A stretch of 64,000 nucleotides of DNA from Octopus vulgaris (GCA_951406725.2 OX597836.1:39060001-39124000); one strand, 5' to 3'. Counted from the stretch's first letter, positions 45,387-61,964 are shown. Numbers and translations are program-made. The notes: generated from the sequence alone by a model not told the origin.

Positions 45387-45471
45387 ACTCATGCTGAAGA
45401 GGAAAATGTTTGGGTAAAATGTGAATTCTACAGTCTTTATACCGATCTAATTCCGAAACGCGTCCATGAGT
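45387..45471 (+). ncRNA. Intact minimal type I hammerhead ribozyme motif
   Basis: ACTCATG-CTGAAGA-GGAA..TTCC-GAAAC-GC-GTC-CATGAGT: 7-bp stem I, canonical core, G10.1-C11.1, palindromic ACGCGT, GUC site (predicted cut after 45464). Confidence 0.8.
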
Positions 45472-45647
45472 AATCAAATTCCTATCAATTTTTGTTATTT
45501 TCCCTCTCTGTCTGCGTGGGTTGTTTCGAGTACATTGTTTTTGTCCGGGTGTCTCTTCTTAAAGTAGAAGAAATAGCTAAGGTTCTTAGGCTGCTATTTC
45601 CAAACTTCAGTATGTGGTTAAGCAAATCTTTGCTGAACCCTAATTAT

Positions 45648-45786
<139 letters not shown>

Positions 45787-46161
45787 GCACACACACAACA
45801 TATATATGCATATATGTATATATACATTATATTATAGTATATATATATATTATACATATGCATATATATTATATATACATACTTCATATCATATATAAAA
45901 ATCACCTCATATCATACACATGTGTGTGTATGTTTGTGTATGTGTATGTGTGTGCACCCATACGTACGTGCGTGTGAGTGTGTGCATGCGTGACTTTGTT
46001 ATTGATTTTGTCCTCCACCACCGCTTGACAAATGGCGCTGTTTCGCTTACGTCTCCAAGACTTAGCGCTTCCTCAAAGGTAAGCGATTTGAGAATAAATA
46101 CGAGACTTTAAAAATGTAAGCGCGCTGTAGAATGACACAAACAAAAGATAAAAGGCACACA

Positions 46162-46230
<69 letters not shown>

Positions 46231-46534
46231 ATTTAATTATTTATAGGTGTGTGTGTGTGTATACGTACAAGAATGAGGGCATACATTCAAGCGTGTGTAT
46301 AAGTGTGTGTTTGAGTAAAATGGTGTAATATGACCCATTGAGCCATTTTCGTTCACACCTAAAGTAAAACCAAGCCATTCAACGAACAGAGTAGAAACAG
46401 CAAGCAAACAGAATGTGATCGAAACGATCAACTATTAATCCTTGAACTCGGTGTCAAGCTACGCCAGCTTTCTGATGACTGAAACCAGTAAATTGAATAG
46501 ACGACGAAATTAGTGTTGCGATATTATAGAACAG

Positions 46535-46727
46535 GAGCTGGCAGAAACGTTAGCACGCTGGGTGAAACGTTTAATGATGTTTCGTCTGCCGTTACGTTCT
46601 GAGTTCAAATTCCGCCGGGGTCAACTTTGCCTTTCATCCTTTCGGGTCGATAAATCAAGTACCAGTTGCATAATCGACTGGCCCCCACCCCCAAATATCG
46701 GGCCTTGTGCCTAGAGTAGAAAAGATA
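46535..46727 (+). mobile_element. Family B SINE variant
   Basis: Match to the family B head and core, with an alternative tail GGCCTTGTGCCTAGAGTAGAAAAG. Confidence 0.75.
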
Positions 46728-47304
46728 TTATAGAACAGATTAGATGGCTAGCTAGTTGGCTGGCAGGCAGGCTGGAGGGCCGACTGGCTGGCTGGCATAC
46801 CGGCTGGCTGGCTGAATCGACAGTGGATGGTTGGATGCATTGATGGATGGATGGACTGATGGATGGATGGATTGTTAGATGGATGAATGAATGAATTGAT
46901 AGATGGATCGATGGATAGATTAATATATATAGATGGATTTCTGGATTGATGGATTAATTACTAAATGGACTCGCTACTGATTGGATGTTTTAAGTAGATG
47001 AATGATTTGTAGGGGGGGGGGGAGTGCCGATAAGGTGGTAGCGTAGACAGACTGTATAGAGGGATGGATGGATATGAAGAAGAGTCTCGTACAAGAAAAT
47101 GACTGGATCGAAGAATCAATAGAGATGTAAAGTACAAAGTTATTGATTTCTTAATCATTATGTGGTTGGGAAGCATTATTACTCTCTACAAGTTTCGGAA
47201 TTAATTAAAGAGATCAATGGGTAGATCATGATAAAATGTTTATGCTTGTATGTATTTCTATGTATTTGTATGAGTGTTTAATGTATATTTGTTCTTTATC
47301 ATTT

Positions 47305-48245
<941 letters not shown>

Positions 48246-48754
48246 GCTCTCGTTTTATTTTTTTTACTTTTCTAGATATATTTAGCTTCTTTCTAGAATT
48301 CAATTTTCTCTCCAACAAAGGGATAAAGTTTGAGTCTAAGATCCCCAGTGAGTTACTGCATTGATATATATCGATGTAATTATGGTTGTACTTCCACTCA
48401 TGTAATGAGTGCATATGTTTGATTAGTGCTCAAGTGACTGTGATTTCCATTTCAGTATGTATGTGTATGCCATGATCACAAATATGTCTCTGTATCCATA
48501 TCTTCGTTCCGACAAACTCAAACGGAGAATTTGGAGAATTTCAGAAATATTTTACGGATATCCACGTTGCCTCTAACTGATTGAATTTGGTAGATTCGAG
48601 TCATTGCTTTGTTTCCTTGGAAACTCCTGCATTTCGAGACTTTAATCTAAATCTTTCTAGGCGTAGGAGTGGCTGTGTTGTAAGTAACTTGCTTACCAAC
48701 CACATGGTCCCGGGTTCAGTCCCACTGCGTGGCACGTTGGGTAAGTGTCTTCTA

Positions 48755-49097
48755 CATCGACCCCAGTGCGTAATTGGTACTTAATTTATCAACCCCGAAA
48801 GGATGAAATGCAAAGTCGACCTCCGCGGAATTTGAACTCAGAACATAAAGACAGACGAAATACCTATTTCTTTACTACCCACAAGGGACTACACACAGAG
48901 GGGACAAACAAGGACGGACAAACGGATTAAATCAATTACATCGACCCCAGTGCGTGACTGGTACTTATTTAATCGACCCTGAAAGGATGAAAGGCAAAGT
49001 CAACCTCGGCGGAATTTTAACTCAGAACGTAACGGCAGATGACATACCGCTAAGCATTTCGCCCAGCTTGCTAACGATTCTGCCAGCTCGCCGCCTT
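48755..49097 (-). mobile_element. Family B SINE dimer, abutting a family C head (48660-48755, +)
   Basis: Same GAAATACCTATTTCTTT junction as at about 18743. Confidence 0.8.
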
Positions 49098-49639
49098 CTA
49101 TTTCTAGTATGCATAGTGACTACATAAAGGTCTCAAAGAATGGTTCGTTTCTTCCAATTTTCCGTGCTCTAGATCGAGAGAGGCGTTGAGTTATTGTTTA
49201 GCCCAAGGTCAACGCTGCTCGAGCTGGTTTGTTACCATTTCAAACCTCGTGCTGGTGTTTGTTACCATTTCAAAGAATTTTTTCTCAGGCATCTCACTCT
49301 TTATTCTTTATCAAACATTATCCAGTTCGCTTGATGCATTGTAATATCGAAGAAGGTACAAAAAGAGAAAATAGAAAGCTTCTGGCAATGAGGAAAGTTT
49401 AGAAAAAATTTTATATTTCAAGCACAAAGGTCCACCTTCAGGAGAAAAAAAAACAGTCTGAGAAAAGTCCAGTTATGTAGGTTCCTCCATCATGGAGCAT
49501 GAAATTCCTACTTCTTTAAGAGATAGTGATGAAGGGTATCATTTTAGGGAAGATTTAGCTGCAGTTTCTGTCAGGTTGAACTATCTCCTGTAAAACGCTC
49601 CTTCACTATATTTTTCTCCCTATCCCTCCTTCCCCCTCA

Positions 49640-49915
49640 CTCTCTGAGTCTCTGTGTCTCTCTCTCTCTGTATCTTTCTTTCTCTATCTGTCTTTTTCTC
49701 TCTTCCCCTCTCTTTTTCTGTCAGTCTGCCTGTCTGTTTCTCTCTCCCCCACTCTTTGTCAGTCTGCCTGTCTGATTCTCTCTCTCTCTTACTCTTTTTT
49801 TTCTCCCCCTCTCTCTCTCTCTTACTCTTTCTCTTTCTCCCCCTCTCTCTCTCTTACTCTTTCTCCCTCTTTCTCTCTCTCTCCCTCTTTCTCTCTCTCC
49901 CTCTCTCTCTCTCCC

Positions 49916-49955
<40 letters not shown>

Positions 49956-50476
49956 TCTCTCCCTCTCTCTCTCTGGTTCCTAAAGTAATGGCTACGCTTG
50001 GATACATCAAGAAACTGGATTTAATACGGTCAGCTCCAATGGTTTCCTCTTCGTAACAACAGGATGTGAAATTATCCAGCTCTTGGCACGAATTTGACCA
50101 AATATCTCTCGATAAAATCGATCATCAATTTATCGATACTGTCATTAATTTTCAATGAGTGCCATAAGCTATTCTACTATAATTCATTGCCGCAAAATTG
50201 TCCATAGATTTATGTGCTTGTCCGTGTGTGTGTATGTGCGTTTGCCTCAGTGCGTGAGTGGGCGTGCGTGAGTGTGTGTGTGGGGGTTCGCGCGTATGTG
50301 TATGTGTATGTGTGTGTGTGTGTGTTTGTGTGTGAGGATGCATATGAATTTTTGCAAAATAAAAAATATCTCGCAAGTGACGTTATTGTTCTTATTATTG
50401 CTGTTGTTGTTGTTGTTGTTATTGTTATTGTTGTATTTGATATCTTTAATAACAATAAAATAGTAGTAGTAGTAGT

Positions 50477-50508
<32 letters not shown>

Positions 50509-50562
50509 CAGTAGTAGTAGTAGCAGCAGCAGCAGTAGTAGGAGTAGCAGTAGTAGTAGTAA

Positions 50563-50601
<39 letters not shown>

Positions 50602-50820
50602 CAGCAGCAGCAGCAGTAGTAGTCGTAGTAGTAGTAGTAGTAGTAGTAGTAGCGATTGTGTTTATCAATATTTATGTTGTTATTGGTGTTGTTGCTGTTA
50701 TTATCATTGTTCTCAAAATTCCTGCGTTTTACAAGCAAAACCCTTCTCACTATTTTCTGTTTCATCCAAATATTATCCCCAACTATCTGGCCCTCGGACC
50801 CTACATAAAATTGTTATTAC

Positions 50821-50851
<31 letters not shown>

Positions 50852-50968
50852 GTTGTTGTTGTTGTTATTAATATTATTATTATCATTTATTATTATTATC
50901 ATTATCATTATTACAATAATAATAATTATTATTATTATTATTTTTATTGTTATTAGTAGTAGTAGTAT

Positions 50969-51052
<84 letters not shown>

Positions 51053-51181
51053 AAGTAATAGTAGTATCGTTATCATTATCATTATTACTATCATTACTAT
51101 CATTATTATATTAATTATTGTTGTTGTTATATTATTATTGTTATTATTATTATTATCATTAGTAGTAGTAGTAGTAGTAGC

Positions 51182-51233
<52 letters not shown>

Positions 51234-51516
51234 TTCTCAACGAAATCCCCCTCCTCCTCATCATCGCTAATGTCGTTGTTATACTTATTGTTTCGTCAAT
51301 TATTGTTTTCCTCAGTTTTTGGCTTTTATTTTCCTTTGATCTCATATTCTCTAAACAAGTGTCCGTTTGTGTATGGCACTGCGCGCGCGTGTGTGTGTGT
51401 GTGTGTGCGTGTGTGTGTGCGTGTGCCTGTATATTTGGTTTATGTGTGAATGTGTGTGAACATGTGTACGTGTGAGTGTGAGTCCGTGTATATGTGCATG
51501 CATGTATGTGTGTTTT

Positions 51517-51553
<37 letters not shown>

Positions 51554-51658
51554 ATGTGTGTGTGTGCGTGTGCCTGTATATTTGGTTTATGTGTGAATGT
51601 GTGTGAGCATGTGTATGTGTGTGAGTCCGTGTGTATGTGCATGTGCGTATGTGTATTC

Positions 51659-51730
<72 letters not shown>

Positions 51731-52072
51731 GTGTATGTGTGTGTGTGTGTGTATTTGTGCAATTGATGTATTCCCATTATCACCCTGTGCAATAGTGTAA
51801 AAACATACGCAGAGTGTGAGGAGAGGAAGAACGAAAGGAGGACACAGAGACAAAGAGAGAGAGACGGGGAGAGATGTACACATAAAGAAGGAAGAGAGAG
51901 AGAGAGATAGGGAGAGAAAGAGAGCGATGGATACATAGAGATAGTGAGGGAGATAGTGAAGTGAAAAAAGAAGAAAGGAGGTAACAGGAAGGATTAGGAG
52001 GTAAAAAGATAATATCAATCCACCCACTCATCCATCCATCTATCTATCTATCTATCAATCTATCTATCTATT

Positions 52073-52160
<88 letters not shown>

Positions 52161-52241
52161 GGTCTTTCTATCTATCTATGTATCTATCTATATGTGTGTT
52201 TGTATGTGTGTATATATGTATATATACATATATATATGTAT

Positions 52242-52272
<31 letters not shown>

Positions 52273-52284
52273 ACCATATGTTCG

Positions 52285-52316
<32 letters not shown>

Positions 52317-52328
52317 GAGAGAGGGGGG

Positions 52329-52360
<32 letters not shown>

Positions 52361-52379
52361 GACGGATGGATAGGTAGAT

Positions 52380-52466
<87 letters not shown>

Positions 52467-52786
52467 GTATCTAAATATCAAGAGTGGAAGAAAAGCTGGA
52501 GAAAGATAGAAGAGACAGAAAGGAAAAACAAGGATTGAAATAAACAGAGAGAGACAGCGACTAAGAGAAAGTGAGTGGGCGATACAGAGTAGGTGAAGAG
52601 AGTGTAAAGGGAAGGAAAAGAAAGAACAATACAAAGGAAAATGGAAAGAAGGGTGAGAGAGAAAGGGAGAGAGAGAGAGCGAGAGTGAGAGAGAGCGAGA
52701 GTGAGAGAGAGACAAACAGAGATAGCGAAAGGTGACAATAAGTTTAATTTTTCTTTTCAATTTTCTGTTTAGTTCTCTGTATTTAA

Positions 52787-52857
<71 letters not shown>

Positions 52858-52877
52858 CATCATTATTATTATTATTA

Positions 52878-52917
<40 letters not shown>

Positions 52918-52979
52918 CATCATCATTATTATTATTATTATTATTATTATCATCATCATCATCATTATTATTATTATTA

Positions 52980-53013
<34 letters not shown>

Positions 53014-53040
53014 CACTATTATTATTGTTGTTATTATTGT
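49640..53040. repeat. Microsatellite-rich region (CT, GTA/GCA, TTA, TG, TATC, GATA)
   Basis: Direct reading. Confidence 0.9.
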
Positions 53041-54209
53041 TAATGTTTTTTGTTGTTCCTATTATTATTTTAGTATCAGAATCATCGTGTTCAATGATAT
53101 CAATAACGGAATGTCGTAATAACTCATTGCTATTCTATTACAAAACCAACATCTTCAAGACCAACTCCTTTTTATCACCATTTTTATCACAATCTCGCTT
53201 CTTTTAAAACAAAAATATTTTGGAAAATAAATAAACAAGAAAACCACAAAACAACTCGATGCAGAATATTTGTCTTGCACAAGAAATATTCCATTTTAAC
53301 AATGGTTAATATTTCTCTGTTTATTTCATTTTTAGTAATCATTATTTATTATTTATTTATTAGTAATGTTTTGTATTTTTGTCTTCTATTTATTTTGTTT
53401 GCTAATTCCTTTCCCCTTTATTTTTTACGTTTATTGTTATTATTTTTAACGTTTTTGCATTCTAATTTTATTTTATTAAATTTTTTTATTTTGTTTATTT
53501 TTCCTTTATTGATTATTGTTTTTTGATATTTTTTTAATATTCTTTTTTCACTTATTTCATTTTATTTTGTTTGTTTTATTTATTTATTCATATGTTTATT
53601 TGTTTTTATTTTTTTTTATATAATGCATTGATTTATTATTTTTCGTGTATTCGTTTTTACAGATTTATAAATTATTTCTTTATTTATGTATTACTTGGTC
53701 CTTCCGGTTTCTGTTATAATACTTTCAAACAGGAACATTTCGTACGTAGTACGGAAACTGATAATTTCATATGTAGAACAGAGACACAGAGAGAGAGAGA
53801 GAGAGAGAGAGATGGGGGGGAGAAGAGGAACGAGAGAGAGAATGAGAGACAGGGAGGTGTTGAAAAAGAGTCAGTGAACGAAAGAAAGGGAAACGAGTGC
53901 GTATGTGTTTGTATGGGTATATATGTGTGCATATGTGTGATGTATGTGTGTGTATGTATGTGTGTGTGTTTGTGTGTATGTGTGTGAGAGAGAGAGAGTT
54001 TAAAAGAGAGAACTACGGAGGGACTTAGCCCCTGTCAGAAATATTTTTACAAATGCGAAATTCCCCGATACGAACACCAGAAGACTCTCAGCAACACACC
54101 AGCACCTGTGATGTGTATGTCATATTTAAAGCACTGTATATCATCTCCGTTTGGCTGTCCTACTCTATTGCTTTCCTTCACTGTTCCTGTCATATATATA
54201 TGTATATGT

Positions 54210-54281
<72 letters not shown>

Positions 54282-54341
54282 ATATGTATATATATCTATA
54301 CTTTATATATATATATTTATTCATATATATATTCATTTATT

Positions 54342-54411
<70 letters not shown>

Positions 54412-54474
54412 TATATATTTTATATATATGATTATTTATATGTATGGGAGTATATGCGTTTCTTATCAGACATG

Positions 54475-55012
54475 TAGTGCATGAAGACATTCGGTATTCC
54501 TCATAGAAGATGAGAAAGGGCCAATTTTTATCACAAACCATCAAGGCGCGCTACAAAGCCTTTGAACAATCTCAAGTATCCCCCTCCAACCGGACACGCT
54601 TTAGTTTTTCTCTGACGAGAAAAGTTTCTGCCAGGATCAGATGGTAAGCAGGCGGAACAACCCTTGGCTTGCAGTGTCCCCGAAACATGTACCGAGAGTG
54701 ATAAAAATCAAACATCCAGTCAACATCATGGTGTTTGGAGTGATTACTAATGGTAGCGACGTTATGCCACCAGTCACCTTCCCACGCGGCTTCAGACTCA
54801 ACACCGGAGGCCTACAACAAGTGGCTGGAGGAGGTAGTACTGTCCTGGGTCAAGAGGGTGGCTGCTGGAAGACCTTATGTCTGGCAACAGGACTCTGCAA
54901 CATACCACACAAGCAGGAGAACCCAGTCATGGCTGTCGGACAATTTCTGCGGCCACTCCTAACATCTTGGCCACTTAACAGTTGAGCGAGAGATCAACAA
55001 AACTCCTTATTG
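54475..55012 (+). pseudogene. Decayed maT/DD37D-like (IS630-Tc1-mariner) transposase fragment
   Basis: FFSDEKSF, KHPVNIMVFGVIT..VMPP, frameshift, EAY..LEEVVLSWVK..RPYVWQQDSATYHTS..WPLNS. Confidence 0.8.
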
Positions 55013-55099
55013 AGACGACAGTTTATTCATCACAGACAGACAGACAGACAAAGGGAGAGAATACAGTACACCTGCGAACCATAGGCTGGAGTGTGCTGA

Positions 55100-55366
55100 G
55101 CGCTGTTGCTGTTGGGCGAAGCGGTCTTCGTCCCAGTAGTGGGAGAAGTCCGAAACGTGGTCCTTTGCTATTCGTAAGACCCGCAGAAGAGAAAGCAGGT
55201 AAAACCCCGACACCGAGTGCATCGACGGATGAATGCGCATCCAGGCTCAACGGTTGCGTAGGAAGTTTTCGCTCAATAAACACAAACAACGCCCGGTCTG
55301 GGAATCGAAACTGCGATCCTCTGACCGCGAGTCCGCTGCCCTAACCACTGGGCCATTGCGCCTCCA
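55100..55366 (-). mobile_element. Family A SINE, tail type 3, internally deleted
   Basis: 14-bp TSD CTGGAGTGTGCTGA at 55086-55099 and 55367-55380. Confidence 0.85.
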
Positions 55367-56774
55367 CTGGAGTGTGCTGATGAATAGCTTCGTTTCATTC
55401 AATATGCTGTGCTTTCTTTAGGTGAGGTCTTGGATGTCCTTGTGTGTAACAGCAGTAGTACTATCGCTGATATGAGAAGAGCAGTACTTAATAGTAGAAC
55501 TCATCTGAACCTTGTAGCTGTTGGGGACTGAAACATTTCCTTAACCTTAAGAGAAAGGTCAGCCTTTGTGATGCAGTCTTTACTGCCAATGGATGAAATA
55601 TATTCGTTGGCGTTTGATATATTTAATGTAAGTTTTGTTGTAGTTTTCTCAGTAATGTTCAAACCGACCATAATATATTTCATGTTCGTTGGGTTGTGAT
55701 TTATCCGGTTAATACCGCCACTATCTGTAGTAATATCTAATGTACGTTGGGTTACAAATCCCTGGTTAATGTCGACGTTCGCTGAAATATGTCTAACATA
55801 TTATTGGTTTATTTTGACACAAAGGTAGAATATTTTTTTTTAATAAATAGGTTCGTTCTATAGCAACGCTCTTAATACCCAGACATACTTTAACTCGCAA
55901 ATTATTCCGGACTGACAAGGTGTGTAGAAACGAAAAAGTTTTTTATTGGCAGTTTAGTTCACAATAACAAGTAGCTAAAGTTTACGAGCTTTTCCATTCT
56001 CACGCCTCACCTCCGGCCCACTTCCGGGAAATTTTGTTCAGTGATAGGGAAAAAAAAATCGTTACAGGAGAATTTTTGCTTCGAAGAGACAGATATATGT
56101 GATGGCTTTAATTAAAATTGTTTCGGCCTTTTGCGAAAACAGACTAAACAACGGATCGTGTCCAATTTTTTTTTATGGAAATGTACAGAAGATTCCGAGA
56201 TTTTTCTCTCTCTTTCTTCCAAGGAAAGTTATTTCTTTTATCGTTTGTATTTAATTTTATCAGTGAGTAAAGAGAATTGTATGACGTATGAGAACTCGTA
56301 CTATGTTTGTAGATAGGCTTGTGACATTTTGTTTGAGACAGATCTAAGTTAACCATTTAAGGACAATGCTAGACGCCAACGTTAGACTTAGCGCGCGCAA
56401 ACACATAAGCATACACATACACACACATACGAACGCATATATACACACACATGTACACATATACACCGACATATTCTCAGTGAGTTGTCTATGGAAGCTT
56501 CGGTTAAATACTCGACAATCGTGGTTAGTAACACGTTTAATGTGAAGTCGCATTGTCTAGAGTTTTTGTATAATATGAAACATCTAATGAGATCTACACG
56601 AAAAGCTGTAATATATCAAGCTAGAATCACATCAGTAATCACACGAATGTATTGTAACCTCGACAAAACCTGAGTTCAATCTTTATCTGGATTTCGGTTT
56701 TAAAAAACTTCACCGAGACATTGTGTCTGCGTGAGTTCTTAAGATTACTGATTTAGCGGAAAACTGAATAGGTG

Positions 56775-57616
56775 TGCCTATGTATGATTATACGTACATA
56801 CATATGTATCTATGCATGTGTGTGTATGTATGTATGTATGTATGTATGTATGTATGTATGTATGTATGTATGTATGTATGTATGTATGTATGTATATATG
56901 TATGTATCTATGCATGTGTGTGTATGTATGTATGTATGTATGTATGTATGTATGTATTATGTATGTGTGTGTATGGATGTATGTATGTATGTATGTATGT
57001 ATGTATGTATGTATGTATGTATGTATGTATGTATGTATGCATGTATGTATGTATGTATGTATGCATGCATGTATGTATGTATGTATGTATGTATGTATGT
57101 ATGTATTATGTATGTGTGTGTATGTATGTATGTATGTATGTATGTATGTATGTATGTATGTATGTATGTATGTATCTATGCATGTGTGTGTATGTATGTA
57201 TGTATGTATGCATGTATGTATGTATGCATGTATGTATGTATGTATGATTGCATGTATGTTTGTATGTATGTATGTATGTATGTATGTATGTATGTATGTA
57301 TGTATGTATGTATGTGTGTATTATGTATGTGTGTGTATGGATGTATGTAAGCATGAGTGTGTCTGTATGTAATGTATTTATGTATTTACTTATGTGTGTA
57401 TTTATTTATGCATGCATTTATGTATGAGTGTATGAACGCATGAATGTACACATGTGTATGTGTATGTATATATATTTACACATATATGTGTAGGTACATA
57501 TATATGTATGCATCTATTTATCTATTTATTCATGTATTCTGTATATATATATATGCATGCATGAATGCGAGTTTGTATTATGTATGGAAGTATGCATCTA
57601 TATATACATGTATATT

Positions 57617-57682
<66 letters not shown>

Positions 57683-57700
57683 CATATATATTAATAATAA
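56775..57700. repeat. (TATG)n and TA-rich repeats
   Basis: Direct reading. Confidence 0.95.
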
Positions 57701-57704
57701 TAAT

Positions 57705-57946
57705 ATGACAACAAAAGAATGAATGAGACCATGATATGTAAAATAGAGGAATTTATCTATAAATATAATATGTGACTATTAGTCGGTTGTCATAATAAAA
57801 CTCAGAGTTTCGGATACCGGGGCTGAAGCCTGCTCCGGCATCTCATCAGTTAATAAGACAATAACTGATGGGATGCCTGAGCAGACTTCAGCCCCGGTAT
57901 CCAAAACTCTGAATTTTATTATGACAGCCAACCAATTGTCACATAT
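57705..57946. mobile_element. Fold-back element (arms 57768-57946) with hammerhead motifs on both strands
   Basis: Minus 57793-57855: TATTAA-CTGATGA-GATGCCGG..CCGGTATC-C-GAAAC-TCTGA-GTT-TTATTA; the plus-strand arm is mutated (CTGATGG, AAAAC); same flank as the 8850 copy. Confidence 0.75.
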
Positions 57947-57947
57947 A

Positions 57948-57991
<44 letters not shown>

Positions 57992-58699
57992 CATACAACG
58001 ATATATATATATATATATGTATGGTTGTATGTATATATGTATGTGTATATATATACATACATATAAATATGTATATATATATAATATATATGTATATATA
58101 TATATATGTGTGTGTGCCTCTGTGTGTGTTTGTATGCATGTGTGTATATATATATGAATGCATGCACAGGTTTCTGCATGTATGTGCTTACGTATGCTGG
58201 TGTTCTTGTTGTTATGCTACTGTTATTGCTGCTATTGTCTAGTCCAAAGTCAACTCTGGCGGACTAAATTCATGATCAAAGATATAACACGCATGACCAT
58301 CCCAACTCTTATTCAGGCATAATATAGCAGGAAATATATTATCTAATTATCTATTATCTAAAGATGACAGAACGAAATTTCAGATAATTTAACTGCTATT
58401 TTTAGAAGATCGAGCGAATGCACAGAGGCAACCCCTGGTTCGATAAAGTGTGTATTGTAAAGACTCGGGGTACATTTTGGAACTCAAGCCTTTACCTTAT
58501 TTCTTTTAGTAGTTCCAATCATTGATTGCGGTCATGTTCGGACACCGCCTCGAAGGGTTTTAGTCGGTACTTAGAAAGTCTGGTTCATATTTTACTGATT
58601 TTTTTTGCCAAGCCGCAAAGTTACGGGGACGTAAACAAACCAATACCCATGATCAAGCGGGGATGGATTGACAAATATATATACATGCGCATTCGCACA

Positions 58700-58843
<144 letters not shown>

Positions 58844-59149
58844 TACTAACACTGTGAATGATTAATTAATTTTTAATTGTATATATATATATATATATAT
58901 ATATAAATTTCTATATGTATAAATATTTGAATGGTTTTCGGTTCAGTCCTACTGCGGGGCATCTTTGGCAAGGGTATTCTACTATAGCCCCGGGCTAACC
59001 AGTGCCTTGTGAATTAATTTGGTAAACGGAGACTGCATATATACATATTATATGTACATAGTTATATGTATACGTATATATATATATATATATATGCGTA
59101 TTTGGGCACAGGACGTCATGAAACGTGTACAACAAAAAATACGAACTCC

Positions 59150-59550
59150 GGAATGAAGGCCTTTGATAAAGTTGGTCACAGAATGAGATGTCACAAACTG
59201 CATGACCTTGAGATAGTAAGAAAACGAGGTGAATGGCTGCCTTATGTTTTAAAAGATAAAAGTCAGGCAGTTGCAGTCAACGATGCAATCTTTGAGATGG
59301 TATCAATTCGTCGAGGTGTTCTTCAGGGAACTGTTCTGGGACTACTACTGTTTGTGGCGGCTCTCTCAGACGTGCCGTCAATCGTACAGTCAGCCATTTT
59401 CACCAGCGATGCTGATGACACAAAAGTCCCGCAAGAAGCCTAGAACCCTGATGATAATTAAAAACTGCAGAAAGAACAGAACGCAGTATACAAGAGGACT
59501 GAAGAAAACAGCGCGACGTTCAATTCTGCAACAAATTTTCAGAAGTCTTT
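59150..59550 (+). pseudogene. Decayed CR1/Jockey-group reverse transcriptase fragment
   Basis: KAFDKVGH..GVLQGTVLGLLLF..DADDTKV, then stops. Confidence 0.8.
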
Positions 59551-59554
59551 ACTA

Positions 59555-60042
59555 TCGACCTACAAACAGACTGAAAATAGAATACACAGATCCAGTGAGT
59601 ACGTGGCCTAATTTTGATCATACGGTATTTAGTAACTGCACGACAATGTGAGGTATACTTGCCATCTCAGTTCAGAGATTTATTATTGGTATTTAGTACC
59701 TTCCGTGTTAATCAAGTGTCCAAATTCTGCTCAGGTCTACTTTGATTCTTATCCTTTCGAGATCTCGCGGCAAAAGTAACACAGCTGTACGATTATCTAA
59801 TTATCTATTATCTAAAGATGACAGAACGAAATTCCAGATAATTTAACTGCTATTTTTAGAAGATCGAGCGAATGCATAGAGGCGGAGTGGCTGTGTGGTA
59901 AGTAGCTTGCTTACAATCCACATGGTTCTGGGTTCAGTCCCACTGCGTGGCATCTTGGGCAAGTGTCTTCTACTATAGCCTCGGGCCGACCAAAGCCTTG
60001 TGAGTGAATTTAGTAGAGGGAAACTGAAAGAAGCCTGTCGTA

Positions 60043-60089
<47 letters not shown>

Positions 60090-61042
60090 AAGTTTGTGTG
60101 TCTGTATTTGTCCCCCTAGCATTGATTTGACAACCGATGCTGGTGTGTTTACGTCCCCGTAACTTAGCGGTTCGGCAAAAAGAGAACAATAGAATAAGTA
60201 CTGGGCTTCCAAAGAATAAGTCCTGGGGTCGGTTTGCTCGACTAAAGGTGGTGCTCCAGCATGGCCGCAGTCAAATGACTGAAACAAGTAAAAGAGTAAA
60301 AGAGTATCAACCTACATACAGACTGAAAATAGAATACACAGATCCAGTGAGTACGTGGCCTAATTTTGATAATACGGTATTTAGTAACTGCACGACAATG
60401 TGAGGTATACTTGCCATCTCAGTTCAGAGATTTATTATTGGTATTTAGTACCTTCCGTGTTAATCAAGTGTCCAAATTCTGCTCAGGTCTACTTTGATTC
60501 TTATCCTTTCGAGATCTCGTGGAAAAAGTAACACAGTTGTACGATTATCTAATTATCTATTATCTAAAGATGACAGAACGAAATTTCAGATAATTTAACT
60601 GCTATTTTTAGAAGATCGAGCGAATGCATAGAGGCGGAGTGGCTGTGTGGTAAGTAGCTTGCTTACAAGCCACATGGTTCTGGGTTCAGTCCCACTGCGT
60701 GGCATGTTGGGCAAGTGTCTTCTACTATAGCCTCGGGCCGACCAAAGCCTTGTGAGTGAATTTAGTAGAGGGAAACTGAAAGAAGCCTGTCGTATATATG
60801 TATATATATATATATGTGTTTGTTTGTGTGTCTGTGTTTGTCCCCTTAGCATTGATTTGACAACCGATGCTGGTGTGTTTACGTCCCCGTAACTTAGCGG
60901 TTCGGCAAAAAGAGACCGATAGAATAAGTACTGGGCTTCCAAAGAATAAGTCTTGGGGTCGATTTGCTCGACTAAAGGTGGTGCTCCAGTATGGCCGCAG
61001 TCAAATGACTGAAACAAGTAAAAGAGTAAAAGAGTAAAAAGT
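59555..61042. repeat. Tandem duplication, period about 752 bp, each unit ending in a full family C SINE (59880-60305, 60632-61042, +)
   Basis: CTGAAAATAGAATACACAGATCC at 59571 and 60323; unique flank duplicated along with the SINE. Confidence 0.9.
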
Positions 61043-61479
61043 ATACAGCAGACGCGACGTTCACATCGCAGAGGAGGTGTTACAACTTTTCCTCCATTTT
61101 ATTTTCTACATTTAATATATAAATAACAGCAGTAAACCAGGATAGATTGTTCCTGACTGCAAATAACTCGGTGACAAAGTAAATTCGTCCTTATAGACAA
61201 AACATACAATTCTTATAACAACAACGATGAATTCTATACAGTAATAATTAGGCTGACTTTGAGTCCTAGATAAATTTGTTTCACTTCACTTATACACAAT
61301 AAATGACATTGTTAGAGGCACGAATGTGACTATATACAATTCCATCGTTTTATCCATTCTCGCGTGATTTTATGGGGCGTAAGTAAAGAAAAATAATCAA
61401 TAGTTATTGTTGAAGAATAATTGATAATTTTACATCCCATAACATCTTCTTACAGAGATCTATCAATCCTTATATATAC

Positions 61480-61516
61480 AGTAATATATACAATTATACG
61501 TATATACAAATATTCA

Positions 61517-61570
<54 letters not shown>

Positions 61571-61892
61571 ATATGCATATATGTATATATATATATTTGT
61601 ATGTATGCATATATGTATATATATTATATGATATATACATTATATATATTATATATATAATATATACATGTATATATAATATTTATATGCATAACATATA
61701 GATAGATAGATAGATAGTAATATAGATAGGTAATATATATAAAAGATTTATATATTTGTATATATATATACATATATGTACACACACACACATATATATA
61801 TATAAATGTATATATATTTATATATCTATATATATATATATGATATATACATATATGTATATATATTATATATGATATCATATATTTGTATG

Positions 61893-61964
<72 letters not shown>

